Assembly (NCBI GenBank): GCA_040755455.1
Contig: JBFMAY010000015.1
Span: 15,890 to 79,889 of the forward strand
DNA: 64,000 bases
Reading direction: 5' to 3'
Origin: Thermodesulfobacteriota bacterium
GTDB lineage: Bacteria > Desulfobacterota > Desulfobulbia > Desulfobulbales > SURF-16
Numbering within the stretch: the first letter of the stretch is position 1; the number at the start of each line of letters is the position of its first letter. This document shows, one piece after another, positions 48,102 to 58,073 of this stretch. Below the pieces are notes generated by a model. The model was given only the letters and a program-made list of their open reading frames with translations. It made no database searches and was not told where the DNA came from. The translations under genes and the position numbers were made by a program.

Positions 48102-49052
48102 TTACTCCACTACTTCGCTGGCCATGCCCAGAGCCTGGGTGCTGAGAGGGATGCCGATACGTTCCGCGGTGCGCTGATTGAGCAGGATGCGGGTGCCGAG
48201 CGGCTCCATTACCCCGATGGCTTTGGGCAACTGGCCCCGCTGCATGATGTTTCTGGCCATGGAGGCCGCCTGGGTGCCGATATTGTCCATGTCGGGCAGG
48301 ACCGACAGCAATATGCCGATCTCCGCCAGATTGGCACCCTGACCGATGCAGACCAAGCGGTCCTTGATGCACCGCTCCTTTACCCAGTCCATGTTCTCCA
48401 CCGTGTAGGTAAGAGGATCATTAAGCAGCCAGAAACCGTCAACCTGGCCGGAGAGCTGGCGATAGGCGCCCTTGAACTCTGCCGGGGAGCTGATCCGGCG
48501 CTCCGGCAGATCCAGGCCGAGCATGGCGGCCGCTTCCCTGGCTTGGGTCACAATCTCCTTCGAGTGGTCCTGACTGTAAATTACTCCTATCCGGTGGGCT
48601 GTCGGGACCAGCATGCTCAGGGTGAGAAACTGAATGCCCGGAGTTACCTCCGAGGCAATGCCTGCCATATTATCCTGGCCATCGAGGAGGTTATACTTCT
48701 GCCAGTTGAAGACCATGGCGAAGATAACCGGAATTTCCTGGTGCTGTCTGGTCCAGAGTTTGGCGGCATAGGCGGCCTTGGCGCCCAGGGCGAAAATCAG
48801 ACCAGGACGGCTGGCCAGCAGCCGATCCATCAGCTGCGGATCGCGGCGAATATCGCCCTGGAGATTATAAATCTGCACCTCCATGCCGATGTCATTGCTG
48901 AAGGCGCTGACGGGTCTCAGGTAGGCCTGTTCGCTATCGCTGAGCAACACAGCCACCTGCTGCTCCGCCTGCTGGGCCGATAGTGCCGGAGGAAAAGGCA
49001 GAATCAGCGTCAGGACAATCAATATCTTAATGGGAAACAGTTTGCCAGCCAT
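48102..49052 (-). CDS. Periplasmic ABC-type substrate-binding-like protein (ABC_sub_bind family), orphan
   Basis: Signal peptide MAGKLFPIKILIVLTLILPFPPALSAQQ. Periplasmic-binding-fold pattern (VAVLLSDSEQAY.., IGVIYSQDHSKE..). No permease or ATPase gene is adjacent. Confidence 0.65.
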   Translation of the reverse strand: MAGKLFPIKILIVLTLILPFPPALSAQQAEQQVAVLLSDSEQAYLRPVSAFSNDIGMEVQIYNLQGDIRRDPQLMDRLLASRPGLIFALGAKAAYAAKLWTRQHQEIPVIFAMVFNWQKYNLLDGQDNMAGIASEVTPGIQFLTLSMLVPTAHRIGVIYSQDHSKEIVTQAREAAAMLGLDLPERRISSPAEFKGAYRQLSGQVDGFWLLNDPLTYTVENMDWVKERCIKDRLVCIGQGANLAEIGILLSVLPDMDNIGTQAASMARNIMQRGQLPKAIGVMEPLGTRILLNQRTAERIGIPLSTQALGMASEVVE

Positions 49053-49818
49053 CGATATGCAGCATCTCCATAATAGCGGGAGAGGGGGATCTCCCATTCT
49101 GCGCCATAAATATTTTTTTTACCAGCTCGATATCCGCCGGATCAAGTCTGCCAGCCATCATGCAAAGCAGAGGCATGGGTATGGGATTCGATTCGATCAG
49201 GGGCTCCAGCATTTCCACAAGCTTTGTGTCCAGTTTGTCAACGGCCGACAGGGTATCCCTGCCCACCACCGCGGCATCAACATGGCCAAGGGATACTGCG
49301 AAGAATGCGTCGGCATCTTTGGAAATATTGACGATATGATTTTGCAGGAGATCAACATTCCTGCGGTCGAACAATTCCCGGCTCACAGACTCGCCGCTGT
49401 CAGGTCCCATGGTGGTCATGGCCACGGTGCGCCCGGAAAAGTCGGCAAGTTTCAACGATGAAGACTTGCGCACCAGCAGAAGTTTGGTGTAATACGGCCG
49501 GCCGTGGCGCAGCGGGGTTAATAACGGGATGAGACCCAACTCCTTGCCATGGCATCGATAGTACCATTCTGGCAGAAAAACCAGGGCAGGGGGGCTGCTT
49601 TTCAGCTTGTTGTCAAAATCGACTTTATGGGCAAAGGGCTGGAAACGGGCGGGTAAGCCTTCCTGGGCAAGGAATCTGTCCATCTCGCGCTTGAGATGGG
49701 AAAGGTTGATCTGAGACGAGTCTGGATAGTAAAAATAGAAATCAACCGATTCCGCGGCCGGGCAGAAACCAGCTTGCAGCAAAACAAAAAACAGGATGAT
49801 GCACAAAATGCGTATCAT
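49027..49818 (-). CDS. PhnD-like (phosphonate-binding-fold) periplasmic binding protein, orphan
   Basis: Signal peptide MIRILCIILFFVLLQAGFCPAAES. Type-2 binding-protein-like sequence (YYTKLLLVRKSSSLKLADFSGRTVAM). Overlaps the downstream binding-protein gene by 26 nt. Confidence 0.6.
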   Translation of the reverse strand: MIRILCIILFFVLLQAGFCPAAESVDFYFYYPDSSQINLSHLKREMDRFLAQEGLPARFQPFAHKVDFDNKLKSSPPALVFLPEWYYRCHGKELGLIPLLTPLRHGRPYYTKLLLVRKSSSLKLADFSGRTVAMTTMGPDSGESVSRELFDRRNVDLLQNHIVNISKDADAFFAVSLGHVDAAVVGRDTLSAVDKLDTKLVEMLEPLIESNPIPMPLLCMMAGRLDPADIELVKKIFMAQNGRSPSPAIMEMLHIDGWQTVSH

Positions 49819-50286
49819 GCGCCGACACACATCAGCAGGATGCGTCCTATGGATTTTACCGGCAAAAAACTTCATTGTAATTATTTATACACCATTTCAT
49901 CAGGCATCACAAAAAAGAATAGTTGTTTAATAAATATTGCTAGTGTTGGCGGAAATCTGAATTTCAGTATTATGGTGCTTGCGACCGCAGTTTTTGCATG
50001 ATCAACGGGGTGTTGTCCGAAAATATGGTTCAGCCGCGGGGCGGTTGCCAGCCGTCATGATGAGTTTTGCCGGTGACATGCCCCATTGTCTCTTGCTGAA
50101 AAAATTGGAGAGCAGTAAATTCGCCGACAGCAGGATTGTATTATCCCATGAAAAATGATGGCTTCAAAAAAAATCCTGGCGCAGGATTTCCGTGACGATA
50201 AATCGTGAAGTTGTCATGCACTGTATGGCTGTCGAGAGGTTTTTTTACGAGACAGTCAAAAGAGAGAATGGTTGCAGCGGGGTGTT

Positions 50287-51123
50287 ATGAAAAGAATCGA
50301 AGCATGTCTGGCGCTGGGCGGCAGCGATCACATGGCGGGAATTTCCCGGACAGCGGTTCAGGCGGCGCTCACGGCAGGCCATGTTCTGGCCGGATTATAT
50401 CACAAACCGCACCAGGTCAGGTACAAGGGGGAAATCGATCTGGTGACGGAAGCGGATGTGGCGGCCGAGAAGTGTATTCTTGATATCCTTGCCGCGCAGT
50501 GCCCTGCCAGCAAAATTTTATCCGAGGAGTCGCATGCCGTTTACCGTGCAGCGCCGCAGGAGCCGGTGTGGATTATCGATCCCTTGGACGGCACCACCAA
50601 TTTTGCCCATGGCTTTCCCTGGTTTGCCGTGTCCATCGCCTATGCGGAAAAGGGTAAGAGCCTGATCGGTGTCATCTATGCGCCGATGCGGGATGAGCTG
50701 TTCTTTGCCTGCCGTGGGGGCGGGGCATGGCTGAACGGAGCAAAGATTAAGGTGTCTGCCACCACGGAGTTGCTGAAGTCTCTTTTGGCCACCGGCTTTC
50801 CCTATAATGTCAGGGAGAAGCCTGATGCGGTGCTGGCAGCGCTCAGAAAATTGCTGACCCGCTCCCAGGGGGTGCGAAGGGCCGGGGCCGCGGCCCTGGA
50901 TCTGGCCTATGTGGCCTGTGGCAGGCTCGATGGCTTCTGGGAGATCAACCTCAAGCCCTGGGACACCGCCGCCGGCCTCCTGCTGGTGGAGGAGGCCGGC
51001 GGCATGGTCACTGATTTCAAGGGGGGAAACTATACTCCCTTTGTGCCGGAGCTTGCCTCGTCAAATGGCTTGATTCATGCTGAGCTGACTGCCCTGCTGC
51101 AGGAATTTTCCGCGAACCGTTAG
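50287..51123 (+). CDS. Inositol monophosphatase family protein (SuhB-like)
   Basis: Motifs EADVAAEK, WIIDPLDGTTNFAHG and WDTAAG. Confidence 0.85.
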   Translation: MKRIEACLALGGSDHMAGISRTAVQAALTAGHVLAGLYHKPHQVRYKGEIDLVTEADVAAEKCILDILAAQCPASKILSEESHAVYRAAPQEPVWIIDPLDGTTNFAHGFPWFAVSIAYAEKGKSLIGVIYAPMRDELFFACRGGGAWLNGAKIKVSATTELLKSLLATGFPYNVREKPDAVLAALRKLLTRSQGVRRAGAAALDLAYVACGRLDGFWEINLKPWDTAAGLLLVEEAGGMVTDFKGGNYTPFVPELASSNGLIHAELTALLQEFSANR

Positions 51124-51180
51124 CCGATTGCCAGGGACTCACCGCTTCATGACCGATCAGCAGGGTAAGGAAAAATAATC

Positions 51181-51831
51181 ATGCTCAAGCTTCTCCTGAA
51201 GATGCTTTTTTTCATGCTGGTGCTGGCTGCCCTATTTCTCCTTGAGTTTCACCTTTTCGGCCAGGATTTTGAGCTGCTGTTCAGCCAGCAGCGCTGCATC
51301 GAGTGGTTCAACCGGATAAGGCCTTACGGCTGGGCCATCGGCATCGGCCTGCTGATGGGCGATCTCGTCCTGCCTGTCCCGGCCACCGGCATTATGGCGG
51401 CATTGGGCAATGTCTACGGCGTTATTGCCGGCACCCTGTTTGGTGTCATCGGTTCGGCCGGGGCTGGTTTTATCGGTTACGGAGTGGCGCGTTTCCTGGG
51501 CAGCAAGGGCAGCCGTTTTCTTGCCTCGAAGGAAGAGCTGGATCGGTTTCAGGGTCTGTTTGACAAATGGGGCGGCATGGCCATCATCATCAGCCGCATC
51601 ATGCCTGTTCTGCCGGAGGTGTTGACGATCCTGGCCGGTATCGCCCGCATGGATCCGGTCAGGTTCAGTGTCTCTCTGCTGCTGGGCAGCTTTTTCACCT
51701 CCCTGCTTTTTTCCTGGATCGGCTATGCCTCCAGGTCGCTGCCCGGTTATGGCATGCTGGCCGCTGTCCTTATTCCCCTGCTCATCTGGCCCGTTTTTCT
51801 CAAGTTGGTCCGCCTGCGCCAAAAAGACTAG
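51181..51831 (+). CDS. DedA/TVP38 (SNARE-associated) family membrane protein
   Basis: Polytopic membrane protein with VLPVPATGIMAALG and IIISRIMPVLPEVLTILAGIARM. Confidence 0.75.
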   Translation: MLKLLLKMLFFMLVLAALFLLEFHLFGQDFELLFSQQRCIEWFNRIRPYGWAIGIGLLMGDLVLPVPATGIMAALGNVYGVIAGTLFGVIGSAGAGFIGYGVARFLGSKGSRFLASKEELDRFQGLFDKWGGMAIIISRIMPVLPEVLTILAGIARMDPVRFSVSLLLGSFFTSLLFSWIGYASRSLPGYGMLAAVLIPLLIWPVFLKLVRLRQKD

Positions 51832-51990
51832 ATTTTTGTCCCGGGTATACCCCCGCCTGACCGTTTTATTATTTTCATCTGCCGGCAGCAGCGGGTCCGC
51901 CGTTTCGGCAGTCACCACTGTCCTAATGAGATTATCCTTTTTTTTCAACCTATTCTCTGTTCGGCATTAAATTAAATCGGCAATAAAAAA

Positions 51991-52020
51991 TTGACTTTTT
52001 GTTGGGCTTGGCCATAAAAT
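51991..52020 (+). promoter_or_regulatory. Sigma-70-like promoter candidate for the Cache-like/MCP pair
   Basis: TTGACT (51991-51996), 18-nt spacer, TAAAAT (52015-52020), 77 nt upstream of the ATG at 52097. Confidence 0.4.
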
Positions 52021-52096
52021 TTTCCATAACATTTGGCCTGGTTCGGCTGAGTCCTATCAGCTTTATACAAATTAACGACATGCGGGGGGAGAAAAG

Positions 52097-52657
52097 ATGA
52101 AGAGGACATTGACTTTTGTTATTACCGGTTTGTTTTTACTGGCAGGTGCATTTGCAGCTGGCGCAGGGGAGAAGGCGCCGCAGAAGGTCATTGATCTGGC
52201 CAATACAACCCTTGCCGCCATTGGCTCGGATCCGGTCATTATCCAAGCGGTCAAGGATGAAAATGCCAAAGGCAAGACCCTGGCCCAGATCCAGGAGAAA
52301 GACACGGCATGGAAGGCCTTTGCCGGCCTGGCCGACTACATGAAAGCCATCATGGATTCGGAATGCGGCAAACATGTTCGCAAAATTCAGGAGAGCGCCC
52401 CGTATTATGCTGAAATTTTTGTCATGGACAACCAGGGCGCCAATGTGGCCATGACCGACAAGACTTCGGATTACTGGCAGGGGGATGAGGATAAATTCCA
52501 GAAATCCTTTGCCGGCGGCGCAGGCGCCATCTTTGTTGATGAGGTCAAGTTTGATGACAGCACCCAGGCCTACCAGGTGCAGGTGTCCGTACCGGTGAAG
52601 GATGGCAGCCAGGCCATCGGCGCCATTACCTTTGGGATTGATGTGGATAAGATCTGA
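52097..52657 (+). CDS. Stand-alone periplasmic Cache/PDC-like sensor-domain protein
   Basis: Signal peptide. YAEIFVMDNQGANVAMTDKTSDYWQGDEDKF...QVQVSVPVKDGSQAIGAITFGI resembles single-Cache ligand-binding domains. Confidence 0.6.
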   Translation: MKRTLTFVITGLFLLAGAFAAGAGEKAPQKVIDLANTTLAAIGSDPVIIQAVKDENAKGKTLAQIQEKDTAWKAFAGLADYMKAIMDSECGKHVRKIQESAPYYAEIFVMDNQGANVAMTDKTSDYWQGDEDKFQKSFAGGAGAIFVDEVKFDDSTQAYQVQVSVPVKDGSQAIGAITFGIDVDKI

Positions 52658-52737
52658 TCCAACCGCATGGAGGTTGCCGGTTCATTATGCAGCCGTATTG
52701 ACTGGCATTAAGTAAAATCACAAGGGGGGCGGTTGGC

Positions 52738-54384
52738 GTGAAATGGTTAAAAAATATCAAGGTGGGGGCGAAGCTCTCTATCAGCTTTACGGTCATGATT
52801 GTCTTTATGGCCGTGATCGGCGCAGTCGGTTACCGGAGCATCAACGTCATCTACAGTCATCTCGAAGGGATTTTTGCCGTCAACCTGCCCGGCATTGATT
52901 ACCTGCTCGAAACGGACCGGGACCTGCAGCAGCTGCTGGTGGCGGAACGTTCCATGATCTATGCCAATGCCCAGTCGGAAGAATTCAAGGGAATGGTAAA
53001 TGAATATGAAACGAACCTGAAGCAGGCCGGCGAGCGTTGGGAAAAGTATAAGGCCCTTGCCGCAACGCCTGAGGAAAAGGCGGTGATTGCCGAGTACGAA
53101 AAGGCGCGGGAGGAGTGGCAGGCTGTTTCCAGAAGGGTGGTTGCCGGCCGCATTGCCGATACCAGGGAGGGACGGCGGGAAGCCCTTGATCTCTCGTTGG
53201 GAGTGGCCAAGCAGAAGTTTGAAGCGATGCGGGAATATCTTGACCAGCTTACCGGCATCAACTTGAAAATGGTCGACAGGGCGCATGGAGAATCAGGGAA
53301 GACCTATCGCGCTACGGTGATTTTTTTGCTGGCCACGCTAGGCCTGGGCCTGTTGGCAGCTGTTCTGCTGGTGTTGGCTTTGAGCCACGGCGTAACCAGG
53401 CCGTTAAAAATCATGATTGACGAGCTCTCCGCTGCCGCCAAGAAGGTGAATGCCGGATCGGCCCAGTTGGCCGCCGGCAGCCAGTCATTGGCCGAGGGGG
53501 CTTCCGAGCAGGCCGCCTCCATTGAGGAGACGTCCGCCTCCATTGAAGAACTTTCTTCCATGACCAAGGCCAATGCCGGCAATGCCGACGCGGCGCGGAG
53601 CATGATAGGGACTGCCTCGGGGATCGTGGACAAGGTCAACCGGCACATGGGCGACATGGCTGCCGCCATAGCCGAGGTCAATAAGTCAAGCGAGGAGACG
53701 GGCAAGATCATCAAGACCATTGATGAGATTGCCTTTCAGACCAATCTTCTGGCACTCAATGCCGCGGTTGAGGCGGCCAGGGCAGGTGAGGCCGGGGCTG
53801 GATTCGCCGTCGTGGCCGATGAGGTTCGCAACCTGGCCTTGCGGGCGGCCGAAGCGGCAAAAGACACGGCACGTCTGATTGAAGATACCATCAGGGCCGT
53901 GCAGAATGGCAGCAACCTCACCCGTCTGACCCAGGCTGCCTTTGCCGAGAACATGGAAATTTCCAGAAAAGTGGCCGAATTGGTTGAGGAAATTGCCAGC
54001 GCTTCCAGCGAACAGGCCCAGGGCATCGAACAGTTGAACAAGGCGATTTCGGAAATGGATAGTGTGGTGCAGCGGGTGGCGGCCAATGCCGAGGAATCCG
54101 CCTCGACATCGGAAGAAATGAATGCCCAGTCGGAACAGCTGCAAGGCATGGTTCACGAGTTGACCGCCCTGGTAGGTCGGGCGGCAGAGGGCAAGGGCAG
54201 CCATCGTATTGCCAAAGACAGGGAGCGTCAACTTAAAAAAGAACCGGTGCAGGTGCAGGGCAGACCTGTTCTTGCCGCCCCTGCCCGCAAGGAGGCGAGG
54301 AGGCAGAGCAAGGCCGGGCAGGCAAAAGAGATGAAACCCGAGCAGATCATCCCGTTGGATGATGAGGATTTTAAGGACTTTTAG
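52738..54384 (+). CDS. Methyl-accepting chemotaxis protein (4HB sensor + HAMP + MCP signalling domain)
   Basis: GTG start. Two TM segments and the conserved signalling hairpin [38 protein letters not shown]. Confidence 0.9.
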   Translation: MKWLKNIKVGAKLSISFTVMIVFMAVIGAVGYRSINVIYSHLEGIFAVNLPGIDYLLETDRDLQQLLVAERSMIYANAQSEEFKGMVNEYETNLKQAGERWEKYKALAATPEEKAVIAEYEKAREEWQAVSRRVVAGRIADTREGRREALDLSLGVAKQKFEAMREYLDQLTGINLKMVDRAHGESGKTYRATVIFLLATLGLGLLAAVLLVLALSHGVTRPLKIMIDELSAAAKKVNAGSAQLAAGSQSLAEGASEQAASIEETSASIEELSSMTKANAGNADAARSMIGTASGIVDKVNRHMGDMAAAIAEVNKSSEETGKIIKTIDEIAFQTNLLALNAAVEAARAGEAGAGFAVVADEVRNLALRAAEAAKDTARLIEDTIRAVQNGSNLTRLTQAAFAENMEISRKVAELVEEIASASSEQAQGIEQLNKAISEMDSVVQRVAANAEESASTSEEMNAQSEQLQGMVHELTALVGRAAEGKGSHRIAKDRERQLKKEPVQVQGRPVLAAPARKEARRQSKAGQAKEMKPEQIIPLDDEDFKDF

Positions 54385-54410
54385 AAAGTTGCCGACAAAA
54401 AAAGCAGGCA

Positions 54411-54443
54411 TAAAAAAAGGGGCGGATAAAGCCCCTTTTTTTT
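54411..54443. terminator. Bidirectional intrinsic terminator between convergent genes
   Basis: A7, then GGGGC (54419-54423), loop GGATAAA, GCCCC (54431-54435), then T8. Confidence 0.7.
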
Positions 54444-54462
54444 ATGTGGTGCAGAGATATGG

Positions 54463-55209
54463 TCAGCTGGCGCTGTATTTTTTTCTGGCAAATCCTGCCA
54501 GTCCCGCCAGGCCGGTGCCAAACAGCAGCATGGTGGCGGGTTCGGGAACGGGTTCCGTAGTCGTTCCTGTGCTGACATCATGGGAAAAGGGGGCAAATTC
54601 CATGCTTTTTATAACTGGATTTCCTGCGGCGTCAAGGGTATAGCCATAGAGGTCGAAATGAATGCCGTAATTCGGATCAAGATTTGAAATGTCAACGGAG
54701 AAGGATGCGTAATACAACAGGTCTCCGGTGGTAGAAAGTGTTGGAATTCCTTCTTGAGTCTGGACATCATATGCCTGTGCGGTATTATTTGGGTTAAAAG
54801 TAAAGGCGAATTCCTTGTAGAAGGTGTCGAAAATGTCGTGGCTCTGCAGGTCGTCACTGTCGGCTATGATGGCCACAGGTGGTGTGCCCCATGCCATGTC
54901 AGAGGTGACATTGACTGTTGTCCTGTTGAAAATTATAGATCCATAACTGCCGCTCTCATCAACTTCCGCTTGCGGGGTTAATGCCGCAGAGATAAAAAAA
55001 TGGTAATCGGCAAAATTGTATTTTTTATCAATCTTAGATGGATCAAGCAGGGCATAGAGGGTAAATTGATCTCTCGTTGTTACCGTTGACTCCTCCGTAC
55101 CCCCCACATAGATGCCCGGGTCTGCGTCAAGTTGCAGCAAGGGGAGGGCCTGCGCAAGGGGAGCGGCACTGAAAAGCAGAACAGCACTGAGCGCGATAAG
55201 TTTTTTCAT
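54463..55209 (-). CDS. PEP-CTERM-sorted secreted protein of unknown function
   Basis: Signal peptide MKKLIALSAVLLFSAAPLAQA. C-terminal sorting signal VPEPATMLLFGTGLAGLAGFARKK. Confidence 0.85.
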   Translation of the reverse strand: MKKLIALSAVLLFSAAPLAQALPLLQLDADPGIYVGGTEESTVTTRDQFTLYALLDPSKIDKKYNFADYHFFISAALTPQAEVDESGSYGSIIFNRTTVNVTSDMAWGTPPVAIIADSDDLQSHDIFDTFYKEFAFTFNPNNTAQAYDVQTQEGIPTLSTTGDLLYYASFSVDISNLDPNYGIHFDLYGYTLDAAGNPVIKSMEFAPFSHDVSTGTTTEPVPEPATMLLFGTGLAGLAGFARKKYSAS

Positions 55210-55253
55210 TTCCCTGACTCTAATTTATTTTTTTAATATGAATTGGCCATGGT

Positions 55254-55269
55254 TGCAGTATATTAGCCA
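55254..55269 (-). promoter_or_regulatory. Sigma-54-like promoter candidate for the second PEP-CTERM gene
   Basis: The minus strand reads TGGCTAATATACTGCA, with correct GG-N10-GC spacing, 45-60 nt upstream of the ATG at 55209. Confidence 0.45.
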
Positions 55270-55489
55270 TTTGGACTTTGCTAAATAATAGGCAAATTTT
55301 GGGCCGCATTGTGGTATTCTGTATAACATTTTGTTTATGTTGTATTTTTTGGAATTATCTGCAGGGAGGTAGGCAAGAGAAGGAAATTCATTTTCCGGAT
55401 TTCCGGTCCGTTTCCCTGGAAATGCCTATCGTTTTTTTTTTGCTTTTTTTCGCTCATCATATCATTTCATGCCGGCATAACAGCTTTTC

Positions 55490-56212
55490 ATGTCACATTT
55501 CTATTTCATTGCCCTCATCTTCCTGGCCGCGGGCTTTACCCAAGGGGTATCCGGCTTCGGCTCGGCCCTGGTGGCCATGCCTCTGTTGCTTCTTTTTCTG
55601 GATGCCAAAACCGCGGTGCCGCTCTGCATGCTGAACGGTCTGATCATCACCGCCTTCCTCTCGCTGCAGCTGCGTAAGAATGTTGACTGGCGGAAGATAA
55701 GGCCGCTGCTCATCGGCTGTTTGCCGGGTATCTACGTGGGAGCGCGTTTTCTCAAGGAGGCCGACAGCGACCTGATCAAGCTTCTGCTGGGGGTGATGCT
55801 GGTCGGCTATGCCCTGCACAACATGTTTGTTAAGCCCAGGCCAAGGACCATAGCGCCTTTCTGGTCCTATATCGCCGGGTTCTTCACCGGGGTGATCGGC
55901 AGCGCCTTCAGCGCCGGCGGGCCGCCGACCATCATTTACACCACGCAGCACGGCTGGGACAAGGATGATATCAAGGCCACGCTATCCGTGTTCTTCTTTA
56001 CCACCGGTATCTTCATGGTCGGCGCCTATTCCCTGGCCGGACTGATAACCACGGCCGTGCTGCGTTCTTTTTCCGGGTCCGCTGCCTTTGTCCTGCTGGG
56101 GGTCATGGCCGGCTCGTTTTGCTATGGCAAGGTGAGAACGGAAACCTATCTGAAGATCATTCTTAACTTGTTGGTAGTGATGGGGGGAATGTTGATTTTT
56201 TCGGCCCTGTAA
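55490..56212 (+). CDS. TauE/SafE-family (DUF81) anion exporter
   Basis: Polytopic membrane protein. Typical of the family: FIALIFLAAGFTQGVSGFGSALVAMPLL and GVIGSAFSAGGPP. Confidence 0.8.
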   Translation: MSHFYFIALIFLAAGFTQGVSGFGSALVAMPLLLLFLDAKTAVPLCMLNGLIITAFLSLQLRKNVDWRKIRPLLIGCLPGIYVGARFLKEADSDLIKLLLGVMLVGYALHNMFVKPRPRTIAPFWSYIAGFFTGVIGSAFSAGGPPTIIYTTQHGWDKDDIKATLSVFFFTTGIFMVGAYSLAGLITTAVLRSFSGSAAFVLLGVMAGSFCYGKVRTETYLKIILNLLVVMGGMLIFSAL

Positions 56213-56220
56213 GGCGTTGA

Positions 56221-57105
56221 TCAGCGCTGCACCACGGCATAGCCTTTGCGGCGCAGGAGATCCACCACGCTGCTCGGACCCACCAGGTGGCCAGCTCCCA
56301 CCACAACCAGGGTCACCGGTTCGCGTTTTAAGATTTTTTCCAGTACCGGCAGCCAGTTTTTATTGCGTTGCAGCACCAGCCGTTCATACTGTTTCGGGTA
56401 GCCGGCAAAGCTTTTGGCGATAAGGTTAAACAGCTGCTGCCCGTCGCCGTTTTTCCAGGCGTTTTCCATCTCTGCGGACAAGGCGTCGGCGCACTGCAGG
56501 TCATTTAGGGTCTGCAGGAGAAATTCCTCCTGCTCCTGCCGGGACTGGCTGTAAAAAAGGCTCAGCTGAAACTCAACCGATTCCAGCGGGATTATTTTCT
56601 TTTTGTCCTGTTTGGCCTTGGTGTAGAAATGTTCATCCAGGCCGTACTGCGCCAGAAAGCCCAGTCTCTCAAGATCTGTCACCGTAAGCGTCAGGGCGCA
56701 GAGCCATGGTTTCATCTGCGTAACCTTTTCTTCCGGGATTTTCAGATCAGCCATCTTCTGCTGCAGCCGCTGCCAGGTTTTCGGGCTGAGCTGCTGCTGC
56801 AGGGTCTGGCCGGCCGGCAGCCGGCCGTAGGTGACGATTTTCCGCTGCATGGCCGGGGTGTCCATCTGGTCCATATCCGTTTCAAAAACCACGGCGCGGC
56901 TGGCGGCGTAGATCTCTTCCATGAGCGGCGGCAGGGGATAGGAGTCCTTTTTCAGCACATGGAGCGAGCCCAGCAGATAGAGGGTATTTTCCCCTGAGCT
57001 TATCTGCCAGAGGGTGTTTTTTGCCTGGACAGGAACAGCCAGCAGCAGGATGAGGAGCAGCCACAAATTGATGACGGATAAGCGGCGGCGCGGGGTTATT
57101 TTCAC
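56221..57105 (-). CDS. TraB/GumN family protein
   Basis: Signal peptide. LWQISSGENTLYLLGSLHVL near the N-terminus and LVVVGAGHLVG near the C-terminus. Confidence 0.8.
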   Translation of the reverse strand: MKITPRRRLSVINLWLLLILLLAVPVQAKNTLWQISSGENTLYLLGSLHVLKKDSYPLPPLMEEIYAASRAVVFETDMDQMDTPAMQRKIVTYGRLPAGQTLQQQLSPKTWQRLQQKMADLKIPEEKVTQMKPWLCALTLTVTDLERLGFLAQYGLDEHFYTKAKQDKKKIIPLESVEFQLSLFYSQSRQEQEEFLLQTLNDLQCADALSAEMENAWKNGDGQQLFNLIAKSFAGYPKQYERLVLQRNKNWLPVLEKILKREPVTLVVVGAGHLVGPSSVVDLLRRKGYAVVQR

Positions 57106-58073
57106 GGCTTTTCTCCTTGTTGATCCGGTTGCCAGCTAGCGTTCCGGAAAATTTCCCCGGTGATTTCCCTGTAGGCTTCGAGCTTTTTTGTTTTCTGGAT
57201 TTTTTTCAGGATTTTCGCCCCATCGGCAAAAGAGCCGGCCAGATAGAACCAGAGCCCTTTCATGCGGCCCAGCACCGGGGAAGGACCGGAAAGCATTGCC
57301 TGGTAGCAGGCCAGCAGTTCATCATGGAAAGCGGCCAGGGTCCGCAACGGCTCAGCCGGCAGGGCCATGTGCTTGATGCGGGCGGCGAGAAAGGGATCAG
57401 TCAAGGCGCCCCGGCCGATCATCCAGCTTTGCACCGCGGGAAAGCGCCCTGCCAGCTTCATATAGACGGCATGACTGGTGATGTCGCCGTTGTAAACAAC
57501 CGGATGGCGGCAGAGTTCCAGGCAGCGGGCAAAGGTGTCGAGATCAACCGTGCCTTCATACATCTGGATGCCGGTGCGGGGATGGATGATCACCTCTTTT
57601 AAGGGAAACCTGTTGAAAACGGGCAGCAGGGCAAAGATCTCTTCGGGATCCCGGCGGCCCAGTCGTGTTTTGACGGAGATGGCCAGCGGCAGGCCCTGGT
57701 GGACTTTGTCGAGAAAGGCCTCGATCTGGTCAGGGAAAGGCAGCAGGCCTGAGCCGCGCATCTTATTGGCCACCATGGGGTAGGGGCAGCCCAGGTTCCA
57801 GTTGACCTCGGTATAGCCCAGCTCAGCCAGGAGGCGGGCCGTGGCGATGAAATGCTCGGCATTTTTGGCGAGAATCTGCGGCACCACGGGCAGCTGTCTG
57901 TTGTTTTCAGGCAGCAGGTCCCTGAATTTGGCGGGTTTGATCCTGCAGCCCTGGCAGGTGGAGATGAAGGGGGCCACCGCCCGGTCAAAACCCGGAAAGA
58001 AGCGGATGAAGATATCCCGGAAGGCCGCCTCGGTGATGCCCCGCATGGGGGCCAGGATGAGGGCGGGGCTCAT
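57102..58073 (-). CDS. tRNA-dihydrouridine synthase (Dus family)
   Basis: LAPMRGITEAAFR N-terminus with TIM-barrel flavoenzyme pattern (EVNWNLGCP, IHPRT). 4-nt overlaps with both neighbouring genes. Confidence 0.8.
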   Translation of the reverse strand: MSPALILAPMRGITEAAFRDIFIRFFPGFDRAVAPFISTCQGCRIKPAKFRDLLPENNRQLPVVPQILAKNAEHFIATARLLAELGYTEVNWNLGCPYPMVANKMRGSGLLPFPDQIEAFLDKVHQGLPLAISVKTRLGRRDPEEIFALLPVFNRFPLKEVIIHPRTGIQMYEGTVDLDTFARCLELCRHPVVYNGDITSHAVYMKLAGRFPAVQSWMIGRGALTDPFLAARIKHMALPAEPLRTLAAFHDELLACYQAMLSGPSPVLGRMKGLWFYLAGSFADGAKILKKIQKTKKLEAYREITGEIFRNASWQPDQQGEKP

